This document shows, one piece after another, positions 1-10,635 of a stretch of DNA of 64,000 bases. How positions within the stretch are numbered: the stretch's first letter is position 1; every line of letters begins with the position of its first letter. Location: IMG/VR virus record IMGVR_UViG_3300009448_000011, positions 41,688-105,687 of that record. One strand, 5' to 3'. The notes below the pieces were generated by a model. That model was not told the DNA's origin, did no database searches, and worked only from the letters and a program-made list of their open reading frames with translations. The DNA is from a virus. The position numbers and the translations under genes are program-made.

Positions 1-139
1 TAAGTACCCTTTATTTTTAGAAAAACAAAACGGACAATCTACTGTACCTTTATTTTTATTAAATCCAATATTTAACTCCATCCAGCTATTACTTTCTCTT
101 GCTAATTCAATTCTATTTAAAAATAAGGAATCCATATTT

Positions 140-2380
140 TTATTGTATCCATTTTAAATACGAAGGATCTATAAAACAACATTTAATTAAATCTTCAGGA
201 GTTCCTACGATAACAAGTCCTTCGGGAGTTTTAACTCTACTCAAAGCAGTATAAATCATGCCACTTTGTTTAGATAAGAATCTTTGTCCCTCGCCGTTAA
301 TACATAATTGAACTTTATCTAAGGTAAGTCCTTGAACTCTGTGTATAGTAGCCGCGCTAGCTAATCTAGCTCTCATAACAGTTAACTTTCCTATGGCTTC
401 TTGTTTGTTTGCAAAACGATTTTTACTAAAATCAAAATGAAGTAATTCTTGAGGTTTTAAAAATATTTCTTTATTTTTTCTAAGTAATGAAAGATATAAA
501 GTATTTTTCCATAAATCAGTAACTATGGCAGTATCCCCGTTAGCAAACCCTTCTTTTAAATTATTATATAATAATTGAACTAATGAACCTTTTTTAACTT
601 CTAGCTTTAAAGGAAAATTATTCCAAGTAGGATGGGGCACACCTGTTAAAGTTGCATAATAACACCTACTTTCTCCTCGTAGTCTTTCAAGACAAATTTT
701 ATTATGCATTTCTACTTCATTATTTGTTGAAAAAAAAGTAGTACCTCTAAAATAACTATCTACTTCTGGCACAAAACTAATATTATTTTTAAGCCAATCT
801 AAACATTCATGAATTTTTCCTTTTCTTATACAACTTAAAGCTTCTATAAACTCTTTATTATCTTGTCTTTTAACTTCTGTTAAATACTTTATTTCAAATC
901 TTTGCCAACATTTAGCTCTAAAAATAGGGGCCCCTTCTACTGGGGCTAATTGGGCTAAATCTCCACTAATTAATAATCCTAAATCTTTATTATAGTCTTT
1001 ATTAAATCTATCTAAAGATAAAACAATTAAATCTAATACGCTGGCGCTTATTAAGGAAATTTCATCAATTACTATATTATTATATTTCTTAGCAATCTTA
1101 CTTAATGATTTATCTATTGTTTTTGTACAAAACGCTCTTAATAAACTTTCTGCATTAAAATATCCTAACGCTGAATTAATAGTGGTAGCTTCTGTAGCAT
1201 CTCTAATAGATCCTAAATTTAAAGCAGCTATCCCTGTGGTAGCAGTTCTTAACGCAAATTTAGGATCTTCTTGTATTTTTGAGTTTATATAATAACTATT
1301 ATGTGTGACTACAAAGTTTTCCACTACATATGTGTGTAAAGGATTTTCTACCTGTATACATCTGCCATCTTTTTTTCCTACATAAATTATGTCAACTATT
1401 TTTTTATTTAAAATATCTCCTATTTTTCCTTCTATAAATAAGTCACTTTTTCGTTGTAATGAAAATATATTTAAATTAATTCTAATAGAAACATTGTATT
1501 CTGTTGGAAAATTTTCATTACCTATATATTGTTCTAATTTAGCTATACCCCCTAACGATCTAACTAAAAACATTACATCATTTGCTAATTTATTAGATGT
1601 AGTATTAAATGTCATTTTTTTAACTTTAGAAGGGCTTAAATTAATATCTCCCCTACTATCCATTAATCCTTTTAATATTTTTAATCTATCTGAAATTGAC
1701 GAATATAAATAGTTATTAGGAATAAATTTACAGGAATTATAAAACCACAATAAACCTAAATCTGAAAGATATTGTTTTATTTCACTAGATAGCGTAAATG
1801 TACCTGAAGACTTATTTAAAGGTGTTTGTAATAATGTAGTTTTAATATTTAAAGGTAATAAGTTATCAAAAATAAGTTTAATTTCTATTGCATCTTTTAA
1901 AGGACAACTAACTGTTATTTGTTCCTGAAAATTTCCATTTCCTAACATATATCCTAATATATAAGGATGTAATGTTAACAGTTGTGCGTTTATATTAATA
2001 GGACTACATAAAGGAATAGAATATTTATAGCTTTTTATTTTATTATCACTTTTAAAATCTTTTAACATTTCTTTTGTAGAAAGCACTTTATACTTATTTC
2101 TCTTTAATGATTTTAAGTTTGTTGTTTGTACTTTCCATAAATGATCTTCACAAGCTTCTATAAACGTGTCGTCATTAAATACTACTTTATATATATTTAA
2201 GTCTTTTCCTTCCCATATATTTAAAATTTTAGTGGGATTTCCATCCTCACATATTACTTCACTATTAATTGTTAATTCTTTATTCTTAATATATCCTTCA
2301 GGCGTTAACACTAATGTTTCATTTGTTAGTAATTTTCCAGTTCCTGCTGAACCAAATAAAGCGTTTAATCTAGTTTCCAT
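140..2380 (-). CDS. Pif1/RecD-like SF1B DNA helicase containing an intein
   Basis: Walker A GSAGTGK|S is split by the intein; also TATTGIAA, IVIDEIS, GDLAQL, RQDN, TIHRVQGLTL and YTALSR. Confidence 0.9.
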   Translation of the reverse strand: METRLNALFGSAGTGKLLTNETLVLTPEGYIKNKELTINSEVICEDGNPTKILNIWEGKDLNIYKVVFNDDTFIEACEDHLWKVQTTNLKSLKRNKYKVLSTKEMLKDFKSDNKIKSYKYSIPLCSPININAQLLTLHPYILGYMLGNGNFQEQITVSCPLKDAIEIKLIFDNLLPLNIKTTLLQTPLNKSSGTFTLSSEIKQYLSDLGLLWFYNSCKFIPNNYLYSSISDRLKILKGLMDSRGDINLSPSKVKKMTFNTTSNKLANDVMFLVRSLGGIAKLEQYIGNENFPTEYNVSIRINLNIFSLQRKSDLFIEGKIGDILNKKIVDIIYVGKKDGRCIQVENPLHTYVVENFVVTHNSYYINSKIQEDPKFALRTATTGIAALNLGSIRDATEATTINSALGYFNAESLLRAFCTKTIDKSLSKIAKKYNNIVIDEISLISASVLDLIVLSLDRFNKDYNKDLGLLISGDLAQLAPVEGAPIFRAKCWQRFEIKYLTEVKRQDNKEFIEALSCIRKGKIHECLDWLKNNISFVPEVDSYFRGTTFFSTNNEVEMHNKICLERLRGESRCYYATLTGVPHPTWNNFPLKLEVKKGSLVQLLYNNLKEGFANGDTAIVTDLWKNTLYLSLLRKNKEIFLKPQELLHFDFSKNRFANKQEAIGKLTVMRARLASAATIHRVQGLTLDKVQLCINGEGQRFLSKQSGMIYTALSRVKTPEGLVIVGTPEDLIKCCFIDPSYLKWIQ
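1298..2332 (-). mobile_element. Intein (345 aa), class 3-like, with degenerate LAGLIDADG domain
   Basis: Starts LLTNETLVLT after GTGK and ends VVTHN|S; block B ACEDHLW and block F GRCIQV; LAGLIDADG-like YILGYMLGNG and LKGLMDSRG. Confidence 0.85.
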
Positions 2381-2598
2381 TATAAAGAAGTCCTTTTCAA
2401 ATTATCTACTGAAAGTTTTTTAACAATAGTATCGCCGTGCACCCAAGCAAGCTCATGTTCATTCAAATAAATTTGTTTATATAAGTCAATCATTTTAGCA
2501 AATAATTCTGTATATTCCATACCACTTTGAGTTTTAACAAAGTTGATAAAATAGGAGGATTCTCCTTTTAATACAAGTGTAATAGTAAGTTCATTCAT
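2380..2598 (-). CDS. Hypothetical protein
   Basis: Short ORF abutting the helicase start. Confidence 0.5.
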   Translation of the reverse strand: MNELTITLVLKGESSYFINFVKTQSGMEYTELFAKMIDLYKQIYLNEHELAWVHGDTIVKKLSVDNLKRTSL

Positions 2599-2610
2599 TT
2601 TTTAAAGAAT

Positions 2611-2883
2611 TTAAAATCCTAATTGAATTTTATTTAAATTGTCAAATAAATTGTTATGTGTTTTGGTATCCAGTATTAAATTAGTAAAATTCAAAGACTG
2701 ATTAAACCTTAAAGCTTGCGCGGGTGTTAAACTAACACAATATAAATTAAGATCTTTATGTGTATTTATCCTAGCCCTTAATTCTAATTTTGATAAATTT
2801 TCTTTACTTAAAATTAATTCTGTATCAAATCTTTTTAGTACAGAAGAATACAAAAATACATAAATTTTTTCTTGAGATTTCAT
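2611..2883 (-). CDS. Hypothetical protein
   Basis: ORF in the same-strand gene string. Confidence 0.5.
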   Translation of the reverse strand: MKSQEKIYVFLYSSVLKRFDTELILSKENLSKLELRARINTHKDLNLYCVSLTPAQALRFNQSLNFTNLILDTKTHNNLFDNLNKIQLGF

Positions 2884-2935
2884 GTTATAAAAAAAAAGGG
2901 GCTCCCCCCTCTAAATATTAAATTAATTCGAAAAT

Positions 2936-3730
2936 TTAAACTAGTGAATTAAATTGTGTAAATATTCCTTGCCAACGCCAATCAAATTCAATTTCAGGCA
3001 TCCAATATATTCCTTTATGTTTATCACTATAATTAGTAGAAGGCTTAGTTCCCCAAGGATCATAGATTAAGAATCCTTTAGTTTTATCATAATCAACAAT
3101 TACAATAATATGCCCCCCAGCTCTAAAACTTTTTGTTAAACCTTTGTGGTAAATATTAACACAAGTAATTTTAGTTTTATCTAATTCTTCTAAAAGTGCT
3201 TTTTTACCTGCATTGGAATACTTACATTTAACTCCAAAAGACTTACAAACATTATGTACTATATCCCATGAAGCAGAATTGTTATTAGCATATTTTCCAT
3301 ATTTATTAGAATATACCCTAGTAACAAATTCATTGTCATTTACTAACTGCCCTTTATTATTTTTTCTTAATATAAAATCTACATACATTGAGTGGCTAGA
3401 AGAACTACAAGAAATTGCCCAAGATTGAACATTATCTCTTTGACTAAAATACTTAATAGATAAATCTTCTGCTTTTTGTGTATTTTGTTGAAATAAATTA
3501 GTCCGCCATAACGCAATAAACTTATCAAGCGTTGGTTTACTTAATTGTAATTCTAACCAACTTAGATCTGCCTCTGTAGCCTCAATCCAATCAGAACTTT
3601 TTATTAACTTTAATTTTGTAGCCGCAGGAGTCTTTAATAATAAATTACCCAGATACTCTACTGCCTCAATTTGATGCGGTTCTTTTTTATAATACTTCTT
3701 AACATTAATAAGCGATATATTTGTGCTCAT
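2936..3730 (-). CDS. C39-like cysteine peptidase domain protein (possible cell-wall hydrolase)
   Basis: YFSQRDN..SCSSSS, GGHIIVIVDYD and YDPWG give a Cys/His/Asp pattern. Confidence 0.7.
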   Translation of the reverse strand: MSTNISLINVKKYYKKEPHQIEAVEYLGNLLLKTPAATKLKLIKSSDWIEATEADLSWLELQLSKPTLDKFIALWRTNLFQQNTQKAEDLSIKYFSQRDNVQSWAISCSSSSHSMYVDFILRKNNKGQLVNDNEFVTRVYSNKYGKYANNNSASWDIVHNVCKSFGVKCKYSNAGKKALLEELDKTKITCVNIYHKGLTKSFRAGGHIIVIVDYDKTKGFLIYDPWGTKPSTNYSDKHKGIYWMPEIEFDWRWQGIFTQFNSLV

Positions 3731-4214
3731 CTATTTCTATTTACTTCTATTTTTACATTTTACATTTTACATTTTAAGTTAAAATTAACGGTAAAAAGTA
3801 ATTAAAACATTAAAATTAAAATTAAAATAAATTTTCTAATTAATTCAAAACATACTCTTACTACTTTTTCAATAAAAGAATAAAAAGGATTTAATACATA
3901 TATCTGCACAATAATTAGTGTTTGTTCAGGATAATGTAAAAAGTAAAAATACCCTTCTTTTACTTTATTTATTAAGTTTTTCATAAGCTTTTTATTATTT
4001 TTTTAATGGTAATTAATTTACCTAAAATTTTAATACTTGGTTTTTTGTTTTGTAAGACACAATATAGACAATATTTTAACCAAGTCTCTCTACAAAAGTA
4101 AGCACAATACATATGTACGTATATACTTACAGATAATTTGTTTAATAAAGATTTCATTTTTTTAATTAAATGAGAATTCCCCCGTCAAGCAAGTGCGCTA
4201 TAACGGTGGATAGT

Positions 4215-4631
4215 TCACATTAGGCGTATTTTCAATTCAGTATATTTTAAATTATGGGATAGTTTAAAAACTTCTACGTCATATAAACAACAGATCTTTT
4301 CAAACACATCATAACCTTTCCAAGTACTTAAGCCTTTGCCAAACAAAACAATTAATAATTTTTTAGGAGGATTAAAAAAATAAGAATAACACAAAATTTG
4401 GCCTAGGGCTTCTTTTGCATTAGTATATATTTTGAATTCTACTATATATTTTTGAGTAACTAGATCAATATAACCTAAAGGAGTTTTAACTTCTGATTTT
4501 CCTAAATGTCTAAAATTATCTACACATTGTTTTTCTTGACCTTTATTAGGTGTTTTAATTTTACGGGGCTTTTTTGCTTTAATTAAGGCATTAGCTAGTA
4601 ATTGTTGTCTAGGTGACGTAGGCTTAGTCAT
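4215..4631 (-). CDS. Small PD-(D/E)XK family nuclease
   Basis: SEVKTPLGYIDLVTQKYIVEFK...ALGQILCY. Confidence 0.65.
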   Translation of the reverse strand: MTKPTSPRQQLLANALIKAKKPRKIKTPNKGQEKQCVDNFRHLGKSEVKTPLGYIDLVTQKYIVEFKIYTNAKEALGQILCYSYFFNPPKKLLIVLFGKGLSTWKGYDVFEKICCLYDVEVFKLSHNLKYTELKIRLM

Positions 4632-5181
4632 TTAAAATAGTAAACACAAGGTCATATATAGCATCTGTAAATAATTGCGAACCATCATTTTGTATTACAG
4701 TAGTACATATATCAGGCCCTAAATCTAAATAGCTTCTACTATCCCCGTTAAATGTATGCCCTTCTCTTTCAATTTTTACTAGAATTATATTATGAGCTCC
4801 GTATTCTTTTATTAACACTTCAGCTTCTTCTGTGAATCCACTATCAGAAATAACAATTAATTTATTGTTATACTCTTTTAATTCTTCTGCTAAGATTTTA
4901 CCAAATATATTTTTTCCATGAGTTGGTTTAAAATATAATTCAGATACATTTATATATGCTTGACGTGGTGTAATTCCATAAAAGTCACAATTAGGAAGAT
5001 CTTTTACTTCTTCATAATAATTATAAGGACGATTAATAAATCCATATAAGGCATGAGTCTTTTCTTTAAGGATGCCTGCAAATTTTACTTGTCTAGTATT
5101 TTTAAAAGTTTTAACTATATAAGTTGCTGCAAAATCTTTGCCACTACTAGGTGGCCCATTAAGTAATATAATTTTCATCAA
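4624..5181 (-). CDS. Deoxynucleoside monophosphate kinase-like P-loop protein
   Basis: LNGPPSSGKD, KFAGILKE, TPRQ, ISDSGF..E. Confidence 0.75.
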   Translation of the reverse strand: MMKIILLNGPPSSGKDFAATYIVKTFKNTRQVKFAGILKEKTHALYGFINRPYNYYEEVKDLPNCDFYGITPRQAYINVSELYFKPTHGKNIFGKILAEELKEYNNKLIVISDSGFTEEAEVLIKEYGAHNIILVKIEREGHTFNGDSRSYLDLGPDICTTVIQNDGSQLFTDAIYDLVFTILND

Positions 5182-5240
5182 ATAACAATATAAATTTTTT
5201 TGTAATCAATTCCCTTCAGACATACCTATCCTATGTCAAC

Positions 5241-6836
5241 TTAATTCTTGCTCTCCAATTGAGTAGTTTTATTATTAACTTTTAAGCCAGCGTATTCGTC
5301 TTTTATAGCCTTAATGGTTATATTAATTAAGTCAGCATATGCCTTTGCAACTTCACATTTAATAACTGAAACATTATTAATTTTGTGAAATATTAATTGT
5401 TGCGATAATTCTTCGTTAGGTTGTTCGTTAATAGGAAAAGCAGAACCTGAAATTGTGGCGAATCCAAATTGATCAATATTAACTACTGTTTTGTTATCAA
5501 CACCTAGTGCTTGATTAAGTAACAAAACATTATTATATGAAACTCTTGCTTCAACTTTAGACATAGGTTTTAATTCAATTTGTAATATATTAGACAATTG
5601 TTTTAATTTAATTAAAGCTGAACTTAATAGAATACCGCCATCGTGTTGATACGATACAGATTCATTATGCAAATCTTTCAAATATTCTCTTTCATATCTT
5701 TGAAGATTCTCAGATGTTTTGGCCATTTTGGAAAATGATTTACAAGTTTGCATCCATTTGCTTAATTTCTTTGTAAACTTTTTAAGTGCAGTACCTAGCA
5801 CTATTAATACTTTCAATTGACCAAGGAAGTTCAACTTACCTGCAATTTCATCATTCAAAATTAACTTTTGCAAAGTAAATCTATTTTTAGACGCCACTTT
5901 GTTAAGAGTTCTAGGAATACGCGCACCGTTCAAAACACTTAAAAATGCAATTTTTAAACTTCCTTTTGTTAATTCAGGAATATTAATTTCATTATTAAGA
6001 ATTCCTTCTAGCCCACTAGAGTCAAACATTTTTGTTAAATGTTGATGTGCAATAGTAATATGACATTTAACTGCGTCAACATTAATAGTCTCAGCTCCTG
6101 ACATCGAGTAAGACCTTAATTCTTTTGATAGATTCAAATAGCCGCCGCCAACCTCATACAATCTACAACCCTGTACAGGTTCAATATACTCAGGAATATA
6201 CTTAAATATACCACTTGAAAAATCTCTTGAAGTAGTACGCGCCAACATTGCTTGAAAACACCGTATATTGTGCGCCAACTTTAATTTTAAACTTTTTCTT
6301 TTTTTTAAATTTGTTTGTTGTTTAAACTCGGTATGAATATTTCGTAATCCCGCTATAATACCAAAAGCATTAAAAGGACATTCTTTCTGATCTTTGAATT
6401 TAAATCTATTTTTTTTAATTAAAGATTTTGCACTCAACGAAACATTTTCCAAAACAGAATAAGTACGTTTTTTTAAACCACTTTTAACCAACAATTCTTT
6501 AATTGCCAAATCATCTAAAGTTTCAATCACAATAGGTGCAACTTTAAAAGCTGTACAAAAATGACGATATTGATTATATCCTGATTTTGTAATTAAACCT
6601 TTGGCGATTAAAGAATTAACATTGGCGCCTTGAAAAAACTTTTGTTTAAAAGACCAAGGAATAGGCACGCCTAGCCAATTATCATCTTTGTTTACAGCCA
6701 AATTATTTAAATGACAATTTAACAAATGAATGAACCACATTTTTGTTTTTTCATTTTCACCCAATAACAAATCTTGCAAATATTCATTTTGCAATTTATA
6801 GACTCTTAAAGAACATTGAGTGAATAATTTAGTCAT
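5241..6836 (-). CDS. Unknown 531-aa protein with possible degenerate polymerase-palm motifs
   Basis: Long ORF; RLY..., NVDAVKCH and YQHDG are reminiscent of PolA/RNAP motifs. Confidence 0.35.
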   Translation of the reverse strand: MTKLFTQCSLRVYKLQNEYLQDLLLGENEKTKMWFIHLLNCHLNNLAVNKDDNWLGVPIPWSFKQKFFQGANVNSLIAKGLITKSGYNQYRHFCTAFKVAPIVIETLDDLAIKELLVKSGLKKRTYSVLENVSLSAKSLIKKNRFKFKDQKECPFNAFGIIAGLRNIHTEFKQQTNLKKRKSLKLKLAHNIRCFQAMLARTTSRDFSSGIFKYIPEYIEPVQGCRLYEVGGGYLNLSKELRSYSMSGAETINVDAVKCHITIAHQHLTKMFDSSGLEGILNNEINIPELTKGSLKIAFLSVLNGARIPRTLNKVASKNRFTLQKLILNDEIAGKLNFLGQLKVLIVLGTALKKFTKKLSKWMQTCKSFSKMAKTSENLQRYEREYLKDLHNESVSYQHDGGILLSSALIKLKQLSNILQIELKPMSKVEARVSYNNVLLLNQALGVDNKTVVNIDQFGFATISGSAFPINEQPNEELSQQLIFHKINNVSVIKCEVAKAYADLINITIKAIKDEYAGLKVNNKTTQLESKN

Positions 6837-6843
6837 TCAGATA

Positions 6844-7284
6844 TTATAACACATGTTTAAGATGAAGGTGAGAAAAAATAGAATCAAGGTTAGAACATTT
6901 TTCAAAATTAAGAAAAAAAGGATGGTGATAGAATTTTGGAGGGAGTCCCACCAAAATTACTCGTTTTCCAAGTTCTAGGGCCATGCCCAATTCCAGTAGA
7001 GTGCCTATCATAGGAAGATGCCCCAAAGTATCTACCTTTGCAATGATGATATCTGAGTGTTTAATGTCCCAGCGATCACGTCGTAGAATATACAAAGGAT
7101 TGGTGGTTAAGTTCGCATCATTTAAAATTTCGGTAGAAAGATATTCAAGTGAATTTAAATAGCGAGTAGGTGACAAAACATTATATCCGTATTTTGTTAA
7201 TGAAGTCCCAAGAGTTTCTCGCCACTGAGTAGCTTCCTTAAAAATTAATCCGTTAATACTGCCTGCCAAATAGACTGTTTTCAT
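6844..7284 (-). CDS. Nucleoside 2-deoxyribosyltransferase family protein
   Basis: VYLAGSI, RDRWDIKHSDIIIA, GTLLELGMA. Confidence 0.8.
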   Translation of the reverse strand: MKTVYLAGSINGLIFKEATQWRETLGTSLTKYGYNVLSPTRYLNSLEYLSTEILNDANLTTNPLYILRRDRWDIKHSDIIIAKVDTLGHLPMIGTLLELGMALELGKRVILVGLPPKFYHHPFFLNFEKCSNLDSIFSHLHLKHVL

Positions 7285-7288
7285 TATT

Positions 7289-7723
7289 TTAAAGTTTTTT
7301 TTCCTGATAAGAACCCGACAATATTAAATCACCTTGACTTAAATCTTTGTTTTGTTTGTACCCAAAAGTCCGCCTTGTTTTAAAAGAATCGTTTAAAAAT
7401 ACAATTTTTTCATCAAAAATGACATTATTATAGATTGTAAGTGTATGCAATACTTTGTGTGAAATAGAAAGAATGCGGGAAGTAGTAGGATGAGAGGTAA
7501 AGTAGCCAGAGCCCCGTTGTATTTGAGTATCGTCGTTAAAAGTACAATTAAAAGAACCTTTGCCGTTAATGGAAGACCAAACAACGTCATAATAGTTAAC
7601 AAAAGGATTAGTCCAAGTAAAGGTAGTAATGAAACTTTTGATAGTGCCGGAAGTAGGATAAAGATAAGTACGATGACTTTCCCAAGTACCCAAACTGCGA
7701 TTAAAAAAAGAAGTTAATTTCAT
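7289..7723 (-). CDS. CpcS/CpeS/CpcV-type phycobiliprotein lyase
   Basis: FFNRSLGTWESHRTY N-terminus, RGSGY, FDEKI, KTRRT and GSYQEK fit the S-type lyase pattern. Confidence 0.7.
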   Translation of the reverse strand: MKLTSFFNRSLGTWESHRTYLYPTSGTIKSFITTFTWTNPFVNYYDVVWSSINGKGSFNCTFNDDTQIQRGSGYFTSHPTTSRILSISHKVLHTLTIYNNVIFDEKIVFLNDSFKTRRTFGYKQNKDLSQGDLILSGSYQEKKL

Positions 7724-9219
7724 AAAAGGTTAATATTTTCTTTACCATATATAGTAGTAGCAATTTGAATTCTATTTTGGGATTGATTTTTAAACCAAAA
7801 CTGAGTATCTATAAAATCAATAACAGTAGGAAATTGTTTGCCGTCTTTCTTACGTAATAAACGGCCGACGCGTTGTATAAAATCATTACTAGATTTACCT
7901 GCGGCGGCCAAAATAATACTAGAAAGACTAGGAATATTGATACCTGCAGTAAGAACTTTAGGACCAGCAATAACGCCATTTATTTTACTATCCTTTAAAT
8001 CTTGAATAATAAGTTCTCTTTTTTTCTTAGAAAGATAGCCACTAATAATAGGAAAATTCAAACCATGTTGTGATAAGAGAGAAGAAATAATATCAGCATG
8101 ATTGCCATCGCCTTTAACTTTATTAACAATAATAATAATAGGACCTTGTTTCTTATTAACTTCTTCAATTGCTTTAGTAACAATAATATGATTACGACCT
8201 GAATTATTTATAATTAAATTATTATAAACAAGAGGTAAAATTTTATATCTATGAGAGTCAGAAAGAGTACTAATATTAGCGGCATTTTTTTGCAAAGAAG
8301 TAGGTAAAAACCCTTTAGGAGAAGTATAGAAATAAAATTTAGGTTGCATTATAATATTTTGTTGTATTAAATCCAGTTCAGAGATAGTACAAATACGAGA
8401 ACCAAAAAAGGCTTCTAAAAAGAGAGAGTGAGGGCCAACAATGTCGGGAGTAGCAGAAAAAGCCAAAGAAATGCGGCGATTAGTTAAGTGTTCAATTAAA
8501 GATTGAAAAGTAGGATTACAAGTTAAATGACATTCATCAGTCAACAAAACATCGACAGAATTTAAATAAGATTTTGATTTAGATAAATTAGATAAAGAAT
8601 TAGGAATACCGACAGTGACATCATTAAAGATATAATGTCCATCGCCGACAATACCGATATTAATTAAAGGAGAATGAGAGAGAGAAAAATAGTCATTAAT
8701 ATCGTGAGTCATTTGATATAACAAATTAATAGTAGGAACTGTAATTAATACTTTCAAATGATCTTGAGTAAATATTTTAACTAATTCGCCGATACAGAAA
8801 CTTTTCCCAGAACTAGTAGGAGATTTTACAATGCCGCGTTTAAATTGTAAACAAGAGGTTACAATTTGTTTTTGGTGAGGACGTAAGATAGAGCTAAGAG
8901 AGAGAGAGTGAGGAATATATTTAGGAATAGTAGAAACAATTTCCAAATCAGAGCGTGAAATAACGGTATTATCGTCCCAAATATCTGTTAAGAGTCTAGA
9001 AATAAAACCTGAGTACAAAAAAACATCCCAAGTATTATTATTATTTTTAGTAGCTTTAAAGAGATATTTTTTAGTAGCGGCAAGAGTCAAACAATTAGGA
9101 CTAAAAAGAGATAGAGTAGCTTCATCAATAAAGTGTACTAATTCTTTAGATAAATACTCTACATACTCTCGGGGACATTCTTTCAATATAGAATATGTAG
9201 GTGAATATTTTATTTTCAT
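7720..9219 (-). CDS. SF2 DExH helicase (UvsW-like)
   Basis: LRPHQ, SPTSSGKS, DECH, SATP, GINIPSL, QRVGRLLR. Confidence 0.9.
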   Translation of the reverse strand: MKIKYSPTYSILKECPREYVEYLSKELVHFIDEATLSLFSPNCLTLAATKKYLFKATKNNNNTWDVFLYSGFISRLLTDIWDDNTVISRSDLEIVSTIPKYIPHSLSLSSILRPHQKQIVTSCLQFKRGIVKSPTSSGKSFCIGELVKIFTQDHLKVLITVPTINLLYQMTHDINDYFSLSHSPLINIGIVGDGHYIFNDVTVGIPNSLSNLSKSKSYLNSVDVLLTDECHLTCNPTFQSLIEHLTNRRISLAFSATPDIVGPHSLFLEAFFGSRICTISELDLIQQNIIMQPKFYFYTSPKGFLPTSLQKNAANISTLSDSHRYKILPLVYNNLIINNSGRNHIIVTKAIEEVNKKQGPIIIIVNKVKGDGNHADIISSLLSQHGLNFPIISGYLSKKKRELIIQDLKDSKINGVIAGPKVLTAGINIPSLSSIILAAAGKSSNDFIQRVGRLLRKKDGKQFPTVIDFIDTQFWFKNQSQNRIQIATTIYGKENINLL

Positions 9220-9362
9220 ATGACATATTTAATCTTTTTAAATACCAGTTAATATATTTTAACACAATTTTTATTTTACCTAAAACATATTAACTAGTTA
9301 ATTTAAAAAAAATAAATTAAAGAGGGAGAGAGAGAGAAGTTAAGGAAGAATAATATATTTAA

Positions 9363-10616
9363 TTAAAAAGGCATACTATCGAGATCATAATCAGAAGGCT
9401 GAGAGATAGTACGAATAGAAGGAGAAGGAGAAGGAGAAGGAGAGGAAGGGACATTAATAGTACCATCGACTTGAATAGAAGTAGAAGGTTCAAGAGTTAA
9501 AGATTCAATAGTAGGAGAAGGAACTTCAACGGACCAAGATTTAAAAGCACGAGAATACTCAGGAATAAAAACTGCGCCGAGACTTCCAAAATGAGCTTGA
9601 AAGAGAGGAGAAGGGCCAGGGCTTTTGCGATAAGTCAAAGAAAGATAGTGAAATACAGGATTACGGAGGGGATCACGAGAATTTTTAAATTGGAAATGTA
9701 AGTCGCGACAATAAGATTCAAAACCAACGACAGAAAGATCAGGATCTCTTTTACCATTAGAGGATTTAATAGAGCGACCTTGAATATTAGTTTTACTTAA
9801 AGGAACTTCCATAAAAACAAATTCGCCAATATTGTTGCCATTAAGATCTAAAAGAGAAGAAACAGGATAGCTAACATTAGACATAACATAAGAAGATTTG
9901 CCATTAGCATCAGTTGTTTTAACATTTTTACGAACAAGGACTTCAAAAACAGCGAGATAAAGTTTGCCACGAGGGTCGCAAGAAATACGTTTATCAGAAC
10001 CACCGTCACCAATACCGGGAATAACTTCAGTAGAGAAGCCACATTTAATACAATCAGAACAACTAGTAGTTTTTTCGCCTCTATAACCGACTAAGCCCAA
10101 TTTTTCCACAGAAGGATTAGGTTTAGTATTATTAACAGACCATTTATTAGTAGACATATCCTTTTCAAAAGCATACTTCATACCATAAGGAACAGTAGGA
10201 AGAGCTTTAATTAATTGACCTTTCTCTGTATAGCCAAGAACAGAACAAAGAACATTTGTTTTTTCACCATCAAAATATCTTAATTCATCACGTTGTTGAT
10301 AGAGCATTACAGCGCCACGAAGTTCAATTACATTACCTAATTCAATAGGCTCACCACCTTCTTCTTTAGGAGGTAGAAATAGATATTCACTTTCTCTAAT
10401 AGAGGGATTACCATCATTATGTAAAGAAGTCCATTTAATAACACCATCAGATTTATGTGTATCAAAAACACTTCTAATTTTTTTAGGACGAGAATAAGAA
10501 GTAGATTTTTTACTACCACCTCCTGAATAAAAATCAGAAGAACTATCCAAGTTAATATTTAATTCTTCCGCCAATAACAATAAATCATTATTATTTGTTT
10601 TAATTAAATCCGACAT
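9363..10616 (-). CDS. Putative ssDNA-binding or annealing protein
   Basis: Lies in the replication cluster; Pro/Ser linker and acidic-aromatic C-terminus DYDLDSMPF. Confidence 0.4.
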   Translation of the reverse strand: MSDLIKTNNNDLLLLAEELNINLDSSSDFYSGGGSKKSTSYSRPKKIRSVFDTHKSDGVIKWTSLHNDGNPSIRESEYLFLPPKEEGGEPIELGNVIELRGAVMLYQQRDELRYFDGEKTNVLCSVLGYTEKGQLIKALPTVPYGMKYAFEKDMSTNKWSVNNTKPNPSVEKLGLVGYRGEKTTSCSDCIKCGFSTEVIPGIGDGGSDKRISCDPRGKLYLAVFEVLVRKNVKTTDANGKSSYVMSNVSYPVSSLLDLNGNNIGEFVFMEVPLSKTNIQGRSIKSSNGKRDPDLSVVGFESYCRDLHFQFKNSRDPLRNPVFHYLSLTYRKSPGPSPLFQAHFGSLGAVFIPEYSRAFKSWSVEVPSPTIESLTLEPSTSIQVDGTINVPSSPSPSPSPSIRTISQPSDYDLDSMPF

Positions 10617-10635
10617 TTTAAATTTCCTTATTTGA

